A DNA stretch of 64,000 nt from Candidatus Spongiisociaceae bacterium (GTDB lineage Bacteria > Actinomycetota > Acidimicrobiia > Spongiisociales > Spongiisociaceae): contig CBDCOH010000002.1 in NCBI GenBank assembly GCA_965219685.1, positions 1,504,001-1,568,000 on the forward strand, given 5' to 3'. The notes below the pieces were generated by a model, which worked only from the letters and a program-made list of their open reading frames with translations, was not told the DNA's origin and searched no databases. The number at the start of each line of letters is the position of its first letter. The first letter of the stretch is position 1. Both the position numbers and the translations under genes were made by a program. This document shows, one piece after another, positions 20,562 to 30,159 of the stretch.

Positions 20562-22972
20562 GCAGCACACCTGTCGTGCAAAAGCTGCGCGAGCAGGCTC
20601 CCGTACGCGTCGGGTTGGTCGACGGAGAGGAGATGACCGGCCCCGGCCACCTCGTGGTACCGGCAGTCGTCGATGTGGTCGACGATGATCCGGGACGCCC
20701 GGCGCGGGCAGAAGACATCGCTGGATGCTCCGATGACATCCACGGGGACCTCGATCTGCGCCAGCAGCGGGTTCAGTGGCTCCGAGCGGATCCCTATCAT
20801 CGCCCGGGCGGCGTTGATGTAGCCCAGGCCGTCACCGACGGCTTCCATCCGCTTGGACGTTAGTAGGTCGATGTCGGCCGCGGTGACAACCTGTTTGGCC
20901 GTGTCATCGCGGAGCCCGGCCGCGAAGCCGTCCCGGTCGTGGGCTTCGAGTTGGGCGATACGGCGGGCGAAGAACTCGGCCGCAGCAGAACCGACCACCG
21001 ATGACGTGGCCGCCACAACCAGGTGGCGGATCGGGGTTCCCGGAGTGGATGCAGCCCTGAGCCCGATCGCGCCGCCCAGTGAGTAGCCGACGACGGCGGC
21101 AGGACCGGTCACTACACGCAGGAACGCGGCCAGGTCATCGCTCAGCTGCGAGAGGGTGCCGGCCGCCTCGCCGGGAGTTGTACGGCCGTGTCCCCGAAGA
21201 TCCGGCGCGTAGACAGCGAACTCGTCGAGATGGGTCGCAATGGCGTCCCAGGATCGGAGGTCCTCGGCCAGCCCATGTAGCAGCACTACCGGAGGTCCCG
21301 AGCCCCGGCGCAGAAAGGTGACCGATATGTCGTCCAGGTCTACGGTCCGCATCTCGCCGTGCCCCGACCCCGAGCCCACTCCGTTGGGATCCCCGGCGGC
21401 GGTCACGACGGAGGCGTTGACGAGTTCATCACGCAGCTGGTGTTTGCGTATCTTCCCGGAGGCCGTTCGTGGGAAGTGGTCGACCTGCACCAGCCGCTCG
21501 GGCCAATAGCGCCGCGGTAACCCCTGCTCAGCGCAAGCCGCGATGGCATCGTCCAAGGCGAGGGGAACGCCGGCCTGCACCACCGCGCAGATGCGCTCCC
21601 CGAGACGTTCGTCGGGCCACCCGATGACGGCCACACCGACCACGTCGGGGTGGCCGGCGATAGCGTTCTCGGTCTCGACGGGCGAGATGTTCACCGCCCC
21701 GCGGATGATCAGGTCCTTGACCCGTCCCGTGATCGACACGTATCCGTCGGGATCGATGCAGGCGAGATCTCCGGTACGGAAGAACCCGTCGCCGACGATG
21801 TGCTCTGCGTACAGTTGGGGTTGGCCGTAGTAGCCGTTGAACACCCCGGGCCCTCGCATGACGAGCTCGCCGGTCCCCGAAGCATGCAACCGCATGTCCG
21901 CGTCGAGGGTTCGCAGTTCCAGCCCGGGAAGTCCCACCCCCACGGTGTTCTCGACCTGGCTGGCGGTCGAGGAGGGCACGCAGGTGGTGAGTCCGCCTTC
22001 GGTCATGCCCCACAGGGGCGTCACGAACGTGTTCGGAAACTCGGTTCGACAGCGCCGGACAAGGGCAGGCGGCACCTGGGCTCCACCGCACAGGAAGCTC
22101 CGCAGCGAGGCCAGCTTCGGCTCGCCGCCGCGCCACGGGGCATTGGCCAGATCCATCAGGAACGGGGTCGCAGCCGCAGTGAAATCGGCGCGGTGGCGAG
22201 CCACCAGTTCCAGCGCGGCGACCGGGTCCCACTTCCGTTGGAGGACGAGCAGTGCGCCCAGGAACAACGACAGGCGGGCGCCATGAATAGCGCCGACGCT
22301 GTGACCCAGCGGTGAAGGCATGAAGACGGGCGTGCCATGGTCGAGCCTGAAACGATCGGCGAACTGCATGTTGAGCGATGCCAATGTGTCCTCGTTGTGG
22401 CTGACCGCCTTCGGGAGTCCGGTCGTGCCCGACGTGAACATCAGGTGTGCGGTGGCGGCGGGCACGTCGACGGCCTCGGTCTGGGGCACCGCCGGACCGT
22501 GCGTCGCCAGCCGGGCTCCATCCACCGCAGCCACAGCGACCTCGGTGGAGGCATCGGCGGCGGCTCGCCGGACCGCGTCAGGGCCCGACGCTCGACGGCT
22601 CCAGCCGGCGCAGACGACTAGGACCGGCCGGACCAGATCGAAGATGTAGCGCAAATGCGCCTCAGGCGTTGTGACCGGAAGCGTGGCCGGAACGTGGCCC
22701 GCTCTCAACACGGCCAGGAACACGACGACCCACTCCAAACAGTTCGGGAGAAGGACCACCACCACCCGCCGGCCCCCGCCGACGGCCCCACGGATCTCCT
22801 CAGCGACCTCACCGGACGCATCCCAGAGCTCGGACCGCGACAGCGTGTCGCCGGCGCTCACGACGGCAGGCTCGCCGGGCGCCTCGGCGACGTGCGTCTC
22901 GAATCGGTCGACCAGCCGGCGGCCTGTCCACCATCCGGCGAGCCGGTACCGCTCTGCGACGTCATCGATCAC
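20558..22972 (-). CDS. Acyl-CoA ligase (AMP-binding) fused to C-terminal alpha/beta hydrolase
   Basis: FTSGTTGLPKA, WGMTEG, FRTGDL, GRVKDLIIRG, ASGKIRK; then LLHGLAE, DLRGHG, GYSLGG, AGHL; GTG start after GGAGG. Confidence 0.85.
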   Translation of the reverse strand: MIDDVAERYRLAGWWTGRRLVDRFETHVAEAPGEPAVVSAGDTLSRSELWDASGEVAEEIRGAVGGGRRVVVVLLPNCLEWVVVFLAVLRAGHVPATLPVTTPEAHLRYIFDLVRPVLVVCAGWSRRASGPDAVRRAAADASTEVAVAAVDGARLATHGPAVPQTEAVDVPAATAHLMFTSGTTGLPKAVSHNEDTLASLNMQFADRFRLDHGTPVFMPSPLGHSVGAIHGARLSLFLGALLVLQRKWDPVAALELVARHRADFTAAATPFLMDLANAPWRGGEPKLASLRSFLCGGAQVPPALVRRCRTEFPNTFVTPLWGMTEGGLTTCVPSSTASQVENTVGVGLPGLELRTLDADMRLHASGTGELVMRGPGVFNGYYGQPQLYAEHIVGDGFFRTGDLACIDPDGYVSITGRVKDLIIRGAVNISPVETENAIAGHPDVVGVAVIGWPDERLGERICAVVQAGVPLALDDAIAACAEQGLPRRYWPERLVQVDHFPRTASGKIRKHQLRDELVNASVVTAAGDPNGVGSGSGHGEMRTVDLDDISVTFLRRGSGPPVVLLHGLAEDLRSWDAIATHLDEFAVYAPDLRGHGRTTPGEAAGTLSQLSDDLAAFLRVVTGPAAVVGYSLGGAIGLRAASTPGTPIRHLVVAATSSVVGSAAAEFFARRIAQLEAHDRDGFAAGLRDDTAKQVVTAADIDLLTSKRMEAVGDGLGYINAARAMIGIRSEPLNPLLAQIEVPVDVIGASSDVFCPRRASRIIVDHIDDCRYHEVAGAGHLLSVDQPDAYGSLLAQLLHDRCAA

Positions 22973-23036
22973 TGCGCTCCTCCAAACCCGGTCGGGCGCC
23001 TTGCCGCAGTATCGCAGGAACGAGCTCCTATCAAAT

Positions 23037-23052
23037 AAGTCGATGTCGGTTT
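23037..23052. promoter_or_regulatory. Candidate TetR operator (AAGTCGATGTCGGTTT, imperfect palindrome)
   Basis: AT-flanked pseudo-palindrome between the divergent tetR and catabolic operon; related sites at 33451-33466 and 28854-28869. Confidence 0.5.
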
Positions 23053-23193
23053 TTTTGTTGGGTAGACCGACGAAAAGGTAAGATCGTTCGCCCCGGGCTT
23101 GCAGGCTCGAGACGACCCGCACAGGGACCAGCAGCACAGGGCCCAGTCACGTGCCTCACAAGCGATAGACGCCCTCGACGGATGGGAGCGCCC

Positions 23194-23811
23194 ATGGCCA
23201 CCGAGCCGACCACCCCTAAAGGCCAACGGACGCGACGGGCGATCCTCGAAGCAGCGTCGAAGGTCTTCACCAGGGACGGCTACGTCGATGCCCGTATGAG
23301 CGATGTCGCAGTACAGGCCGGACTCTCCCTCGGAGGCCTGTACAGGTATTTCGATAACAAGGAAGACCTCTTCCGGAGTGTCATCCGGAACCTCCACGAG
23401 GAACTCTTCCTTAGGAGCCGGTCGTCGACACCCATCGCCGATGACCCTAAGGCCGCCCTGTTCGAAGCCAACCTCGGATACCTCCAGCACTACAGTGACA
23501 ACCGCGGCGTGCTGCGGGCATTCATCGAGGCGACAACGGTAGAGGACCGATTCACCACAATCTGGTGGACCATGCGCGAACGCCACGTCGCACGGTTCGT
23601 CCATGCAGTGGAGAACGACGAACGCGTTCAACTCGACGGACTCGATGCAGCCTCCGTGGCCCGAGCCATGGCTTCCCTGGTCGAGCAGACCGCGTACACA
23701 ACCTTCGCCCACGCCGCCCTCAACACGGCGCCCGTGGACGTGGAGACGGTAGCCCGCATCGTGACAAGAGCCTGGTACCGCAGCTTTTACGGGAGTCCCT
23801 CCACAGACTGA
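23194..23811 (+). CDS. TetR/AcrR family transcriptional regulator
   Basis: TRRAILEAASKVF...MSDVAVQAGLSLGGLYRYFDNKEDLF helix-turn-helix. Confidence 0.92.
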   Translation: MATEPTTPKGQRTRRAILEAASKVFTRDGYVDARMSDVAVQAGLSLGGLYRYFDNKEDLFRSVIRNLHEELFLRSRSSTPIADDPKAALFEANLGYLQHYSDNRGVLRAFIEATTVEDRFTTIWWTMRERHVARFVHAVENDERVQLDGLDAASVARAMASLVEQTAYTTFAHAALNTAPVDVETVARIVTRAWYRSFYGSPSTD

Positions 23812-23874
23812 CACCATCCGACCCGCCGCGAGGTCGAGGATGATCCCCTGCCCGCGCGGTGCCCGGCGTGCGCC

Positions 23875-24588
23875 TCATATCTCCGAGCCCAGATAAGCGG
23901 CAGCCAGCCTCTCGTCGGTCAGGAGGGCCTGGTTCGAGGTCTCCAGGACCACTTCCCCCGACTCGAGCACGCAGGCCCGATCACAGATCTCGAGCGCCTC
24001 GTGGGCGCGTTGCTCCACGATGATCGTTGCGGTCGTCTCGCTCTCAAGGAGCCGCGCGATGCCCTCGAACACGCTGTCCGCGGCGCGGGGAGCCAGTCCC
24101 ATCGAGGGTTCGTCGAGCATGAGCAACCGTGGGCAGGCCATGACGCCTCGAGCAACCGCCAGCATCTGCTGCTGGCCTCCCGACAAGGCGCCTCCGTCCC
24201 GGTTGAGCATGTCGGCCAGCGCAGGGAAGATCTCAAGCACCAGATCGAGGCGCTCGTCGTGCCGGTGCTGGGCGCCGGCGCGGTGACTGCCGAGGCGAAG
24301 ATTGTCGGTCACCGTCATCGATGCAAAGATCATCCGCCCCTGGGGCACGTGCACGATTCCGGCCTCGACGCGTTTGTGCGGCGGCTGTGAGTGAAGATCC
24401 TGCCCTTCGAAGCGGATCGCACCCCTGTCTACCTCCACGGTCCCGCTGATCGTCTTCAGCAGGGTGGTCTTGCCCGCACCATTGGGTCCCAGGATGGCCA
24501 CACGCTCCCCCGCTCCGACCTGGAGGTCGATGGAGCGCAATGCCGGGACTCCGTCGTAGCTGGCGCGGAGGTCACTGATCTCTAGCAT
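23875..24588 (-). CDS. HAAT-family ABC transporter ATP-binding protein (LivF-like)
   Basis: GPNGAGKTT, LSGGQQQML, LDEPSMGLAP. Confidence 0.9.
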   Translation of the reverse strand: MLEISDLRASYDGVPALRSIDLQVGAGERVAILGPNGAGKTTLLKTISGTVEVDRGAIRFEGQDLHSQPPHKRVEAGIVHVPQGRMIFASMTVTDNLRLGSHRAGAQHRHDERLDLVLEIFPALADMLNRDGGALSGGQQQMLAVARGVMACPRLLMLDEPSMGLAPRAADSVFEGIARLLESETTATIIVEQRAHEALEICDRACVLESGEVVLETSNQALLTDERLAAAYLGSEI

Positions 24589-26374
24589 GTTCCATCCATC
24601 TCGATCCGAGGTAGGCCTCGATCACGCGCGGGTCCGACACGACATCCGCCGGCGGGCCTTGGACGATGACGCGGCCCTCATCGAGTGCGACCACCGATTC
24701 GACGTACTGAATCAGCGACCGGACCGAGTGCTCGATCACCACGATCGCCGTGTGCGGCGTGACCAGTTCGTCGACAGTCCTGAAGAAGCGGGCTCGTTCG
24801 GCCTCGTTCAAGCCGGCGAGCGGCTCGTCGAGCAGCAGCAACTCCGGCTCGCTCACCATGGCCCTCGCCAACTCGAGGTTCTTGATCTCGGCCGTGGTGA
24901 GGGCGCTCAACTCGCCGAGCGCGCTATCGCCGAGGCCGACCCGCTCGAGCATCGCCATCGACGCCGCTACCGGATGCGGTATCGAGGCGCCGATCGCAGC
25001 CACCACGACATTGTCGAGCGGAGACATGAGATGGAAGCCCTGGGGAACCTGGAATGTTCGTGACATGCCGAGTTCGTAGCGCCGCGGCGCGCGCATCCGA
25101 TCCACCTTCATCCCCTTGAACAGTATCCGTCCGGCATCGGCGCGTAGGTGGGCGGTGATGATGTTGAACAGCGTCGTCTTGCCCGCACCATTGGGGCCGA
25201 TGATGCCGACACGACGGCCCGCATCGATCCTGAAGACCACGTCGGACAGTACGCGATTGGCGCCGAAGCTCTTGGCTATACCCTCCACTTCGAGCACAGG
25301 GGCATCGCTCGACCGCGCCAGCTTCGACCGGAGTGGTCTTCGCGGCATGCTCAAGAACGGCGACGGCCGCTGCGGAGGCGCAGCGAGACGCCCGAGAAGG
25401 CGCCGGCCTCCCGGCTCAGGTGATCGACGGGGCCGGGTCGCTAACCGGCGGAAGCCGCTCTCGATCGCGGGAAGGATTCCGCGCGGTATCAGCAGGGCGA
25501 CGAGTACGAGCGCTGCCGCGTAGACGAGCTCCTGCGCGCCGGGCACAGACTCGCCGATCGAATCGTCCAGGAACATCGCCAGCGGGATGAGGAAGGCCGC
25601 GCCGACGACCGGCCCCCAGGTCTGTCCCACCCCGCCCACGAACGCCACCGAAAGCATGACGATCACCACGGTGATGCCGAAGACCTCCTCGGCGACGGTC
25701 ACCCGCAGGACGGCCTTCACCCAGAGCACGGCCATGGCCGCCGACAGCGCCGCCGAGATCATGAACGCCGCCGACTTCCATGCGACGGTGCGGATGCCCA
25801 CCGCCCGGGCCAGGACCTCGTTGTCCCGAATGGCACGCAGGGCGTATCCGAACGAAGTCACATCGATCAGCTCGCTGATCATCAATGCAACGACCAGCAT
25901 CCCCAGGCCGACCCACACATAGGTGTGGGGATCGGAGAATTCCATGAACCTCCACTCGCTCTCGGGGCGGAACGGAACCGTGAGTTCGGGATCCCCGTAA
26001 TGGGACACCAACAGTTCCATGATGAGCGGGAAGGAGATGGTGGCAAGCGTGAAGTAGAACCCCCTGAGCCGGAAAGTGGGCAGGCCGATGGCAAGCGCCA
26101 CCACCGCGGCGACTCCCATGCCGAGGACCATGCCGATCCACGGCGAGGTGCCGCCGCCTCGCAGCAGGATCGTGAAAGCGTACGCGCCGATGCCGACGAA
26201 CGCGCTGTGGCCGAGCGAGATCTGCCCGGCCTTGGCCATCAGATTCCAGGCCACGCCGGCGAGCGCCCAGACGACCGTCAAGGTGAGCACCCTCACGTAG
26301 AACCGCTGCTCGAGCCAGCCGTTGAGGGCAGCGACGACGACGACCAACACTATGAATGGAACTAGGCGCCGCAT
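24572..26374 (-). CDS. HAAT-family ABC transporter permease + ATPase fusion (LivM-LivG-like)
   Basis: GQISLGH, LRGFYFTLAT TM domain followed by GPNGAGKTT, LLDEPLAG, VIEAYLG. Confidence 0.88.
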   Translation of the reverse strand: MRRLVPFIVLVVVVAALNGWLEQRFYVRVLTLTVVWALAGVAWNLMAKAGQISLGHSAFVGIGAYAFTILLRGGGTSPWIGMVLGMGVAAVVALAIGLPTFRLRGFYFTLATISFPLIMELLVSHYGDPELTVPFRPESEWRFMEFSDPHTYVWVGLGMLVVALMISELIDVTSFGYALRAIRDNEVLARAVGIRTVAWKSAAFMISAALSAAMAVLWVKAVLRVTVAEEVFGITVVIVMLSVAFVGGVGQTWGPVVGAAFLIPLAMFLDDSIGESVPGAQELVYAAALVLVALLIPRGILPAIESGFRRLATRPRRSPEPGGRRLLGRLAAPPQRPSPFLSMPRRPLRSKLARSSDAPVLEVEGIAKSFGANRVLSDVVFRIDAGRRVGIIGPNGAGKTTLFNIITAHLRADAGRILFKGMKVDRMRAPRRYELGMSRTFQVPQGFHLMSPLDNVVVAAIGASIPHPVAASMAMLERVGLGDSALGELSALTTAEIKNLELARAMVSEPELLLLDEPLAGLNEAERARFFRTVDELVTPHTAIVVIEHSVRSLIQYVESVVALDEGRVIVQGPPADVVSDPRVIEAYLGSRWMEHARDQ

Positions 26375-27270
26375 CAGATGGCGCGCTGCGCCTTACCGAA
26401 CAGGCCGTTGGGGCGCACGTAGAGGATGAGCAGGAACAGAGCGAACACCCAGACGTTCTTCACGGCAGCCGAAGTCCACACCTGCGACACGGACTGGATG
26501 ATCCCGATAAGCACGCCCCCCAGGAAAGCACCGCGGACACTGCCGAGGCCGCCGAGCACCACCGCGGCGAACATGACGACCACGAACCGGAGCCCCACGA
26601 ACGGCGTGATGCTCTGGAACGTCACGAGCGCCGAACCGCCCACCGCGGTGAGCGCCACGCCAACCCCGAACGCGATACGGTTCGTGCGATCGATGTCGAC
26701 GCCCATGTATGTCGCTGCCTCCCAATTCTCCGACGCGGCGCGAATGGCCCGCCCGGTGGCGGACCGGTTGAGGAACAGGAAGACGAGCGCCGCGACCAGC
26801 ACCGAGAGGAGAAAGGCGTAGAGACGTACTCGGCTGACGAATATGTCGCCGATGAAGCCGCCCGTATTGGCGTAGGAAGGCGCGACCACCCGCGGCTCCG
26901 ACGAGTACCTGATCAGGATGAGATTCTGGAAGATCAGGCCCAGTCCGATGGTGAGAATCACTTGAGCATCGTGATTCTCGCGCCGGCCGATCACGAAGCG
27001 GATGAAGAGCCAGTGGACTGCCATCCCCAGCAGCAGGAACACGAAGAAGACGGCGGGCACTGCCAGGAACGGGTCCAAGCCGACACCGCCCGCGAACAGC
27101 GCCCATGAGAGGTACATGGCGAGCATCATGAAGTCGGCCTGGGCGAAGTTCACCACCCGCATCACGCCGAAGATCAGCCCGAGACCTGACGCCAGCAGGG
27201 CGTAGACGCCCCCGATCAGGATCCCGGGAACGAGGAACTGCAGGAACTCGACCATCGCCTCAGCAGGCAC
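26374..27270 (-). CDS. HAAT-family ABC transporter permease (LivH-like)
   Basis: YALLASGLGLIFGVMRVVNFAQ, GRAIRA, VVLGGLGS; alternative ATG start at 27255. Confidence 0.9.
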   Translation of the reverse strand: MPAEAMVEFLQFLVPGILIGGVYALLASGLGLIFGVMRVVNFAQADFMMLAMYLSWALFAGGVGLDPFLAVPAVFFVFLLLGMAVHWLFIRFVIGRRENHDAQVILTIGLGLIFQNLILIRYSSEPRVVAPSYANTGGFIGDIFVSRVRLYAFLLSVLVAALVFLFLNRSATGRAIRAASENWEAATYMGVDIDRTNRIAFGVGVALTAVGGSALVTFQSITPFVGLRFVVVMFAAVVLGGLGSVRGAFLGGVLIGIIQSVSQVWTSAAVKNVWVFALFLLILYVRPNGLFGKAQRAI

Positions 27271-27362
27271 CCGGCGCGGGTCGCGCGCGGCGCCGGCGCC
27301 TCACGTCGGGGTGCGGGGACGGAGGGAGCGCGCCATCGAGCCGATAAGGACAGTCCCCTCCG

Positions 27363-28766
27363 TTACCTCCAAACCGGTTGGCAAACCGCGAACTCGACCG
27401 GATAGACGGTGCACGGGATCATCCTCCCGTCGACCTCCTGCCACTGTGCCAGCACGCCGAAGTGCTGGTCAATGCGACCGGTTTCGCTGAAGCTGATCTC
27501 CGACGTCGGCATGAGGTCGACAGCGACGCCCTCGGTCAGCCTGATGGAGTTGAACCCCTCGGTAACCGCGGCCGGGGATGGATCGCCGGCCTGCTCGAGC
27601 ACAGCCGCAATGAGATGAATCACGAAATAGCCGCCGATGTGGTCCTGGCGGGCGTAGGGCTGGTCGATGGCGGCTGCCAGCTCGGGGAACGCGTCATTAC
27701 CGGCTAGCGGATTGGCATACACGAACGTCGACAGCCCGGCCACCTCCGGACCGAGGTCCGCCCATGCGGGCAGTAGTCCCTGTCCGCCGTTCTGGACGAC
27801 CGGTGCGGTGACCCCACGGGCGATCAGCTCGTTCTGGAGTCCGCTCACGTCGCTGAAGGCGAATGCGATGTTGAAGATGACGTCGACATCGGCGTTGGCG
27901 ATCTTGGTCGCCACGCCCGATGGGTCGTCGAGTCCACCCGGCGCCCAGGTGTCAGTAACTGCGACCTCGATCCCTCGCTCGCTGAACTCGGCCAGCAGGG
28001 CTTCCTGCAGCGGCACGGCTGCGGCCGATGTGGAACCCACCACCGCCACCTTCTCCATCGTGATCCCCGCCTGGTCCAGGCCAGGCTGGATGGCCTCGAG
28101 AATGAGGCCCTTGATGGCCGACGCCGGGGGCGAGTAGCCGAACACGTGGCTGAAGCCCTCACGGTCAGTGACGGAGTCGGCGAAGCTCTCTGTGATGAAC
28201 GGAATCCTCGCTCGCTCGCTCACCTCCGTCGCGGCCAGGCTGAACGACGACAGCCAGGATCCGGCGATAGCCGACACGTCGGGCTCGTCGTCGAGGAGTC
28301 GTTCAACAGCGGTGGCCGCCTCCTCGGCAGAGCCGCCCGCGTCGTAGATCGCCAGCCGCAAGGAGGCCCCGCATAACGACTCGATGCCGCCCGCCGCGTT
28401 GATGTCCGCCACCGCCTTGGTCGCCCCGGCGATCTCGGCGTCTCCGACAAAGCTGAACGTTCCTGACATGGGCCACACTGTGCCGATGACCACCTCATCG
28501 ACGCAATTGCGATCGTCGACGGGAGCCTCCTCGACCTGCGCCACGGCCTCGGTCGTGGCCGCCGCCGTCGCCGCGGTGGTGGCCACCGTGGTAGCCGCCG
28601 CCGTCGCAGCGGTCGTCGCAGCGGTCGTGGCCGCGGTCTCCGGAGCAGAATCACCTGACGAGCCATCGCCGCATGCGGCCGCTACGAGGCTCACTATCGC
28701 AACTAGCGCGGGCAACAAGCGCAAACGGCGAACCGTCGCTCCCTTATCGGGTCGGATCATGTACAT
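27363..28766 (-). CDS. HAAT-family ABC transporter substrate-binding lipoprotein
   Basis: Lipobox VAAAC, Ala/Thr linker, IGTVWPMSG, DINAAGGI; RBS aaggag before ATG 28766. Confidence 0.85.
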   Translation of the reverse strand: MYMIRPDKGATVRRLRLLPALVAIVSLVAAACGDGSSGDSAPETAATTAATTAATAAATTVATTAATAAATTEAVAQVEEAPVDDRNCVDEVVIGTVWPMSGTFSFVGDAEIAGATKAVADINAAGGIESLCGASLRLAIYDAGGSAEEAATAVERLLDDEPDVSAIAGSWLSSFSLAATEVSERARIPFITESFADSVTDREGFSHVFGYSPPASAIKGLILEAIQPGLDQAGITMEKVAVVGSTSAAAVPLQEALLAEFSERGIEVAVTDTWAPGGLDDPSGVATKIANADVDVIFNIAFAFSDVSGLQNELIARGVTAPVVQNGGQGLLPAWADLGPEVAGLSTFVYANPLAGNDAFPELAAAIDQPYARQDHIGGYFVIHLIAAVLEQAGDPSPAAVTEGFNSIRLTEGVAVDLMPTSEISFSETGRIDQHFGVLAQWQEVDGRMIPCTVYPVEFAVCQPVWR

Positions 28767-28960
28767 GGTCACTCCTTGGACTGCCAAGACCCGGCGGAGA
28801 CCTACGGCACCGACCGGAATCCGACGATAGGCAGGCTCACCCCACCTGTCAAGAGAGTGATATCGCTTTTTTGAATCTCAGTTGAGTGCGGCCACAGCAC
28901 ATGTCGCAACCTGGCGACGAAGCTCGGTGGGGGTTCGGGATCTGTCGGGTAGTCGGGCGA

Positions 28961-30049
28961 TCAGGCCGCAGCGAGCGCGGCGTCGATCCACGGATCGATC
29001 GTGTCGCGGTTGGCTGCGATCCAATCGGCGGCCGCGGCTGCGATCTCGGCGTCGGAGTTGGCGCCGGCGTCGATGGCGACCGCTTGGACGGCCACTGCGA
29101 GCGGATCCAATTCGAAGTTCTCGAGCAATGATGCCGCGGCCGGGTTAGCGGCCAGGAAGTCTTTGTTGGCGGTCACCACGATGTCGGACGGCGTGAACAT
29201 GGTCGTGCAGGGATCGTTCGTGCAGGCGTCCCCTACCGCAGAGATGCCGTCCTGGCCTTCGAGGGCCTGTTCGGGCTCGATGGCGAGCCACAGCACGTCC
29301 CTACCCGGTACGAGCTTGCCGACGAACGCGGTGGGCGTCCACACATACTGAAGAACGGGACCACCCGCCGCGAAGCTCGCCTGTGACTCCGCGAACAGAG
29401 CCGAGTGGGTAGCCGACACTTGCGCGGCCCGGTCGCCCCACCCGTTCTTGGCGAGGGTGTCGTTTATGACCTTCTGGCAGCCCCAACCGTCGTCACAGCC
29501 GTTGATGTCAGCCTTGCCATCACCGTCGCTGTCGAAGTGGGCGACCGCCTCGGGGTTGTCGAGCAACTCTCCGAGCGTGGTGAAGCCGAACTGCTCGAAG
29601 CTGGGAATGTCCACGAGAAGGCCCTGAAGAGCTCCGGACGCCATCATCTTACCGATGTAGCGGGCCTTGTCGCCGAAGGTGCCGCCATCCGGGCTCTCTC
29701 CATCTAGGAGCGGAGTGTGGTTGAGCGGCCACGACGACGCCCAAAGGTCGTAGTCTCCCTGAGCCACGGCCGGGTAGAACGTCGCCGGCGCGATCTCCTC
29801 CGGGTCTGTGACCTCATAGCCGAGCTCTCGGAGCAGCTGCTGGACCACATAGTTCTGGAAGTTGGTCTCGATCCAGTTTCCGCGGGCCATGGTGACGGTG
29901 ACACCATCTCCTGGCAGGGCCGTCTCGGGTTCGGCTTCAGCGGTCGCAGGCGCAGGATCGGTCGTCGAGGTGTCGCCACCGCATGCGACGGTCATCAGCA
30001 CGAACGTGGTTAGCAGGGCGAGAAACGCTCGCCCTCGGCTGGTGGTCAT
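28961..30049 (-). CDS. Glycine betaine/proline-type ABC substrate-binding lipoprotein (ProX-like)
   Basis: Lipobox TVAC, FDSDGDGKADINGCDDGWGC, YVWTP, NKDFLAANPAA. Confidence 0.85.
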   Translation of the reverse strand: MTTSRGRAFLALLTTFVLMTVACGGDTSTTDPAPATAEAEPETALPGDGVTVTMARGNWIETNFQNYVVQQLLRELGYEVTDPEEIAPATFYPAVAQGDYDLWASSWPLNHTPLLDGESPDGGTFGDKARYIGKMMASGALQGLLVDIPSFEQFGFTTLGELLDNPEAVAHFDSDGDGKADINGCDDGWGCQKVINDTLAKNGWGDRAAQVSATHSALFAESQASFAAGGPVLQYVWTPTAFVGKLVPGRDVLWLAIEPEQALEGQDGISAVGDACTNDPCTTMFTPSDIVVTANKDFLAANPAAASLLENFELDPLAVAVQAVAIDAGANSDAEIAAAAADWIAANRDTIDPWIDAALAAA

Positions 30050-30159
30050 GGGATCCCCCTCCCATTCTCCGGCTCCCGGAGCGTCCGAACAGCGGAGCCT
30101 CTTCGTGTCTTGCCTTGGGAACGATCTTACAAGGAATACAATAACGACATCTCTTCTTC

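Noticed and set aside
24572-26374. LivM-LivG fusion as unusual
   Set aside because: Permease-ATPase fusions are common in HAAT-family transporters.
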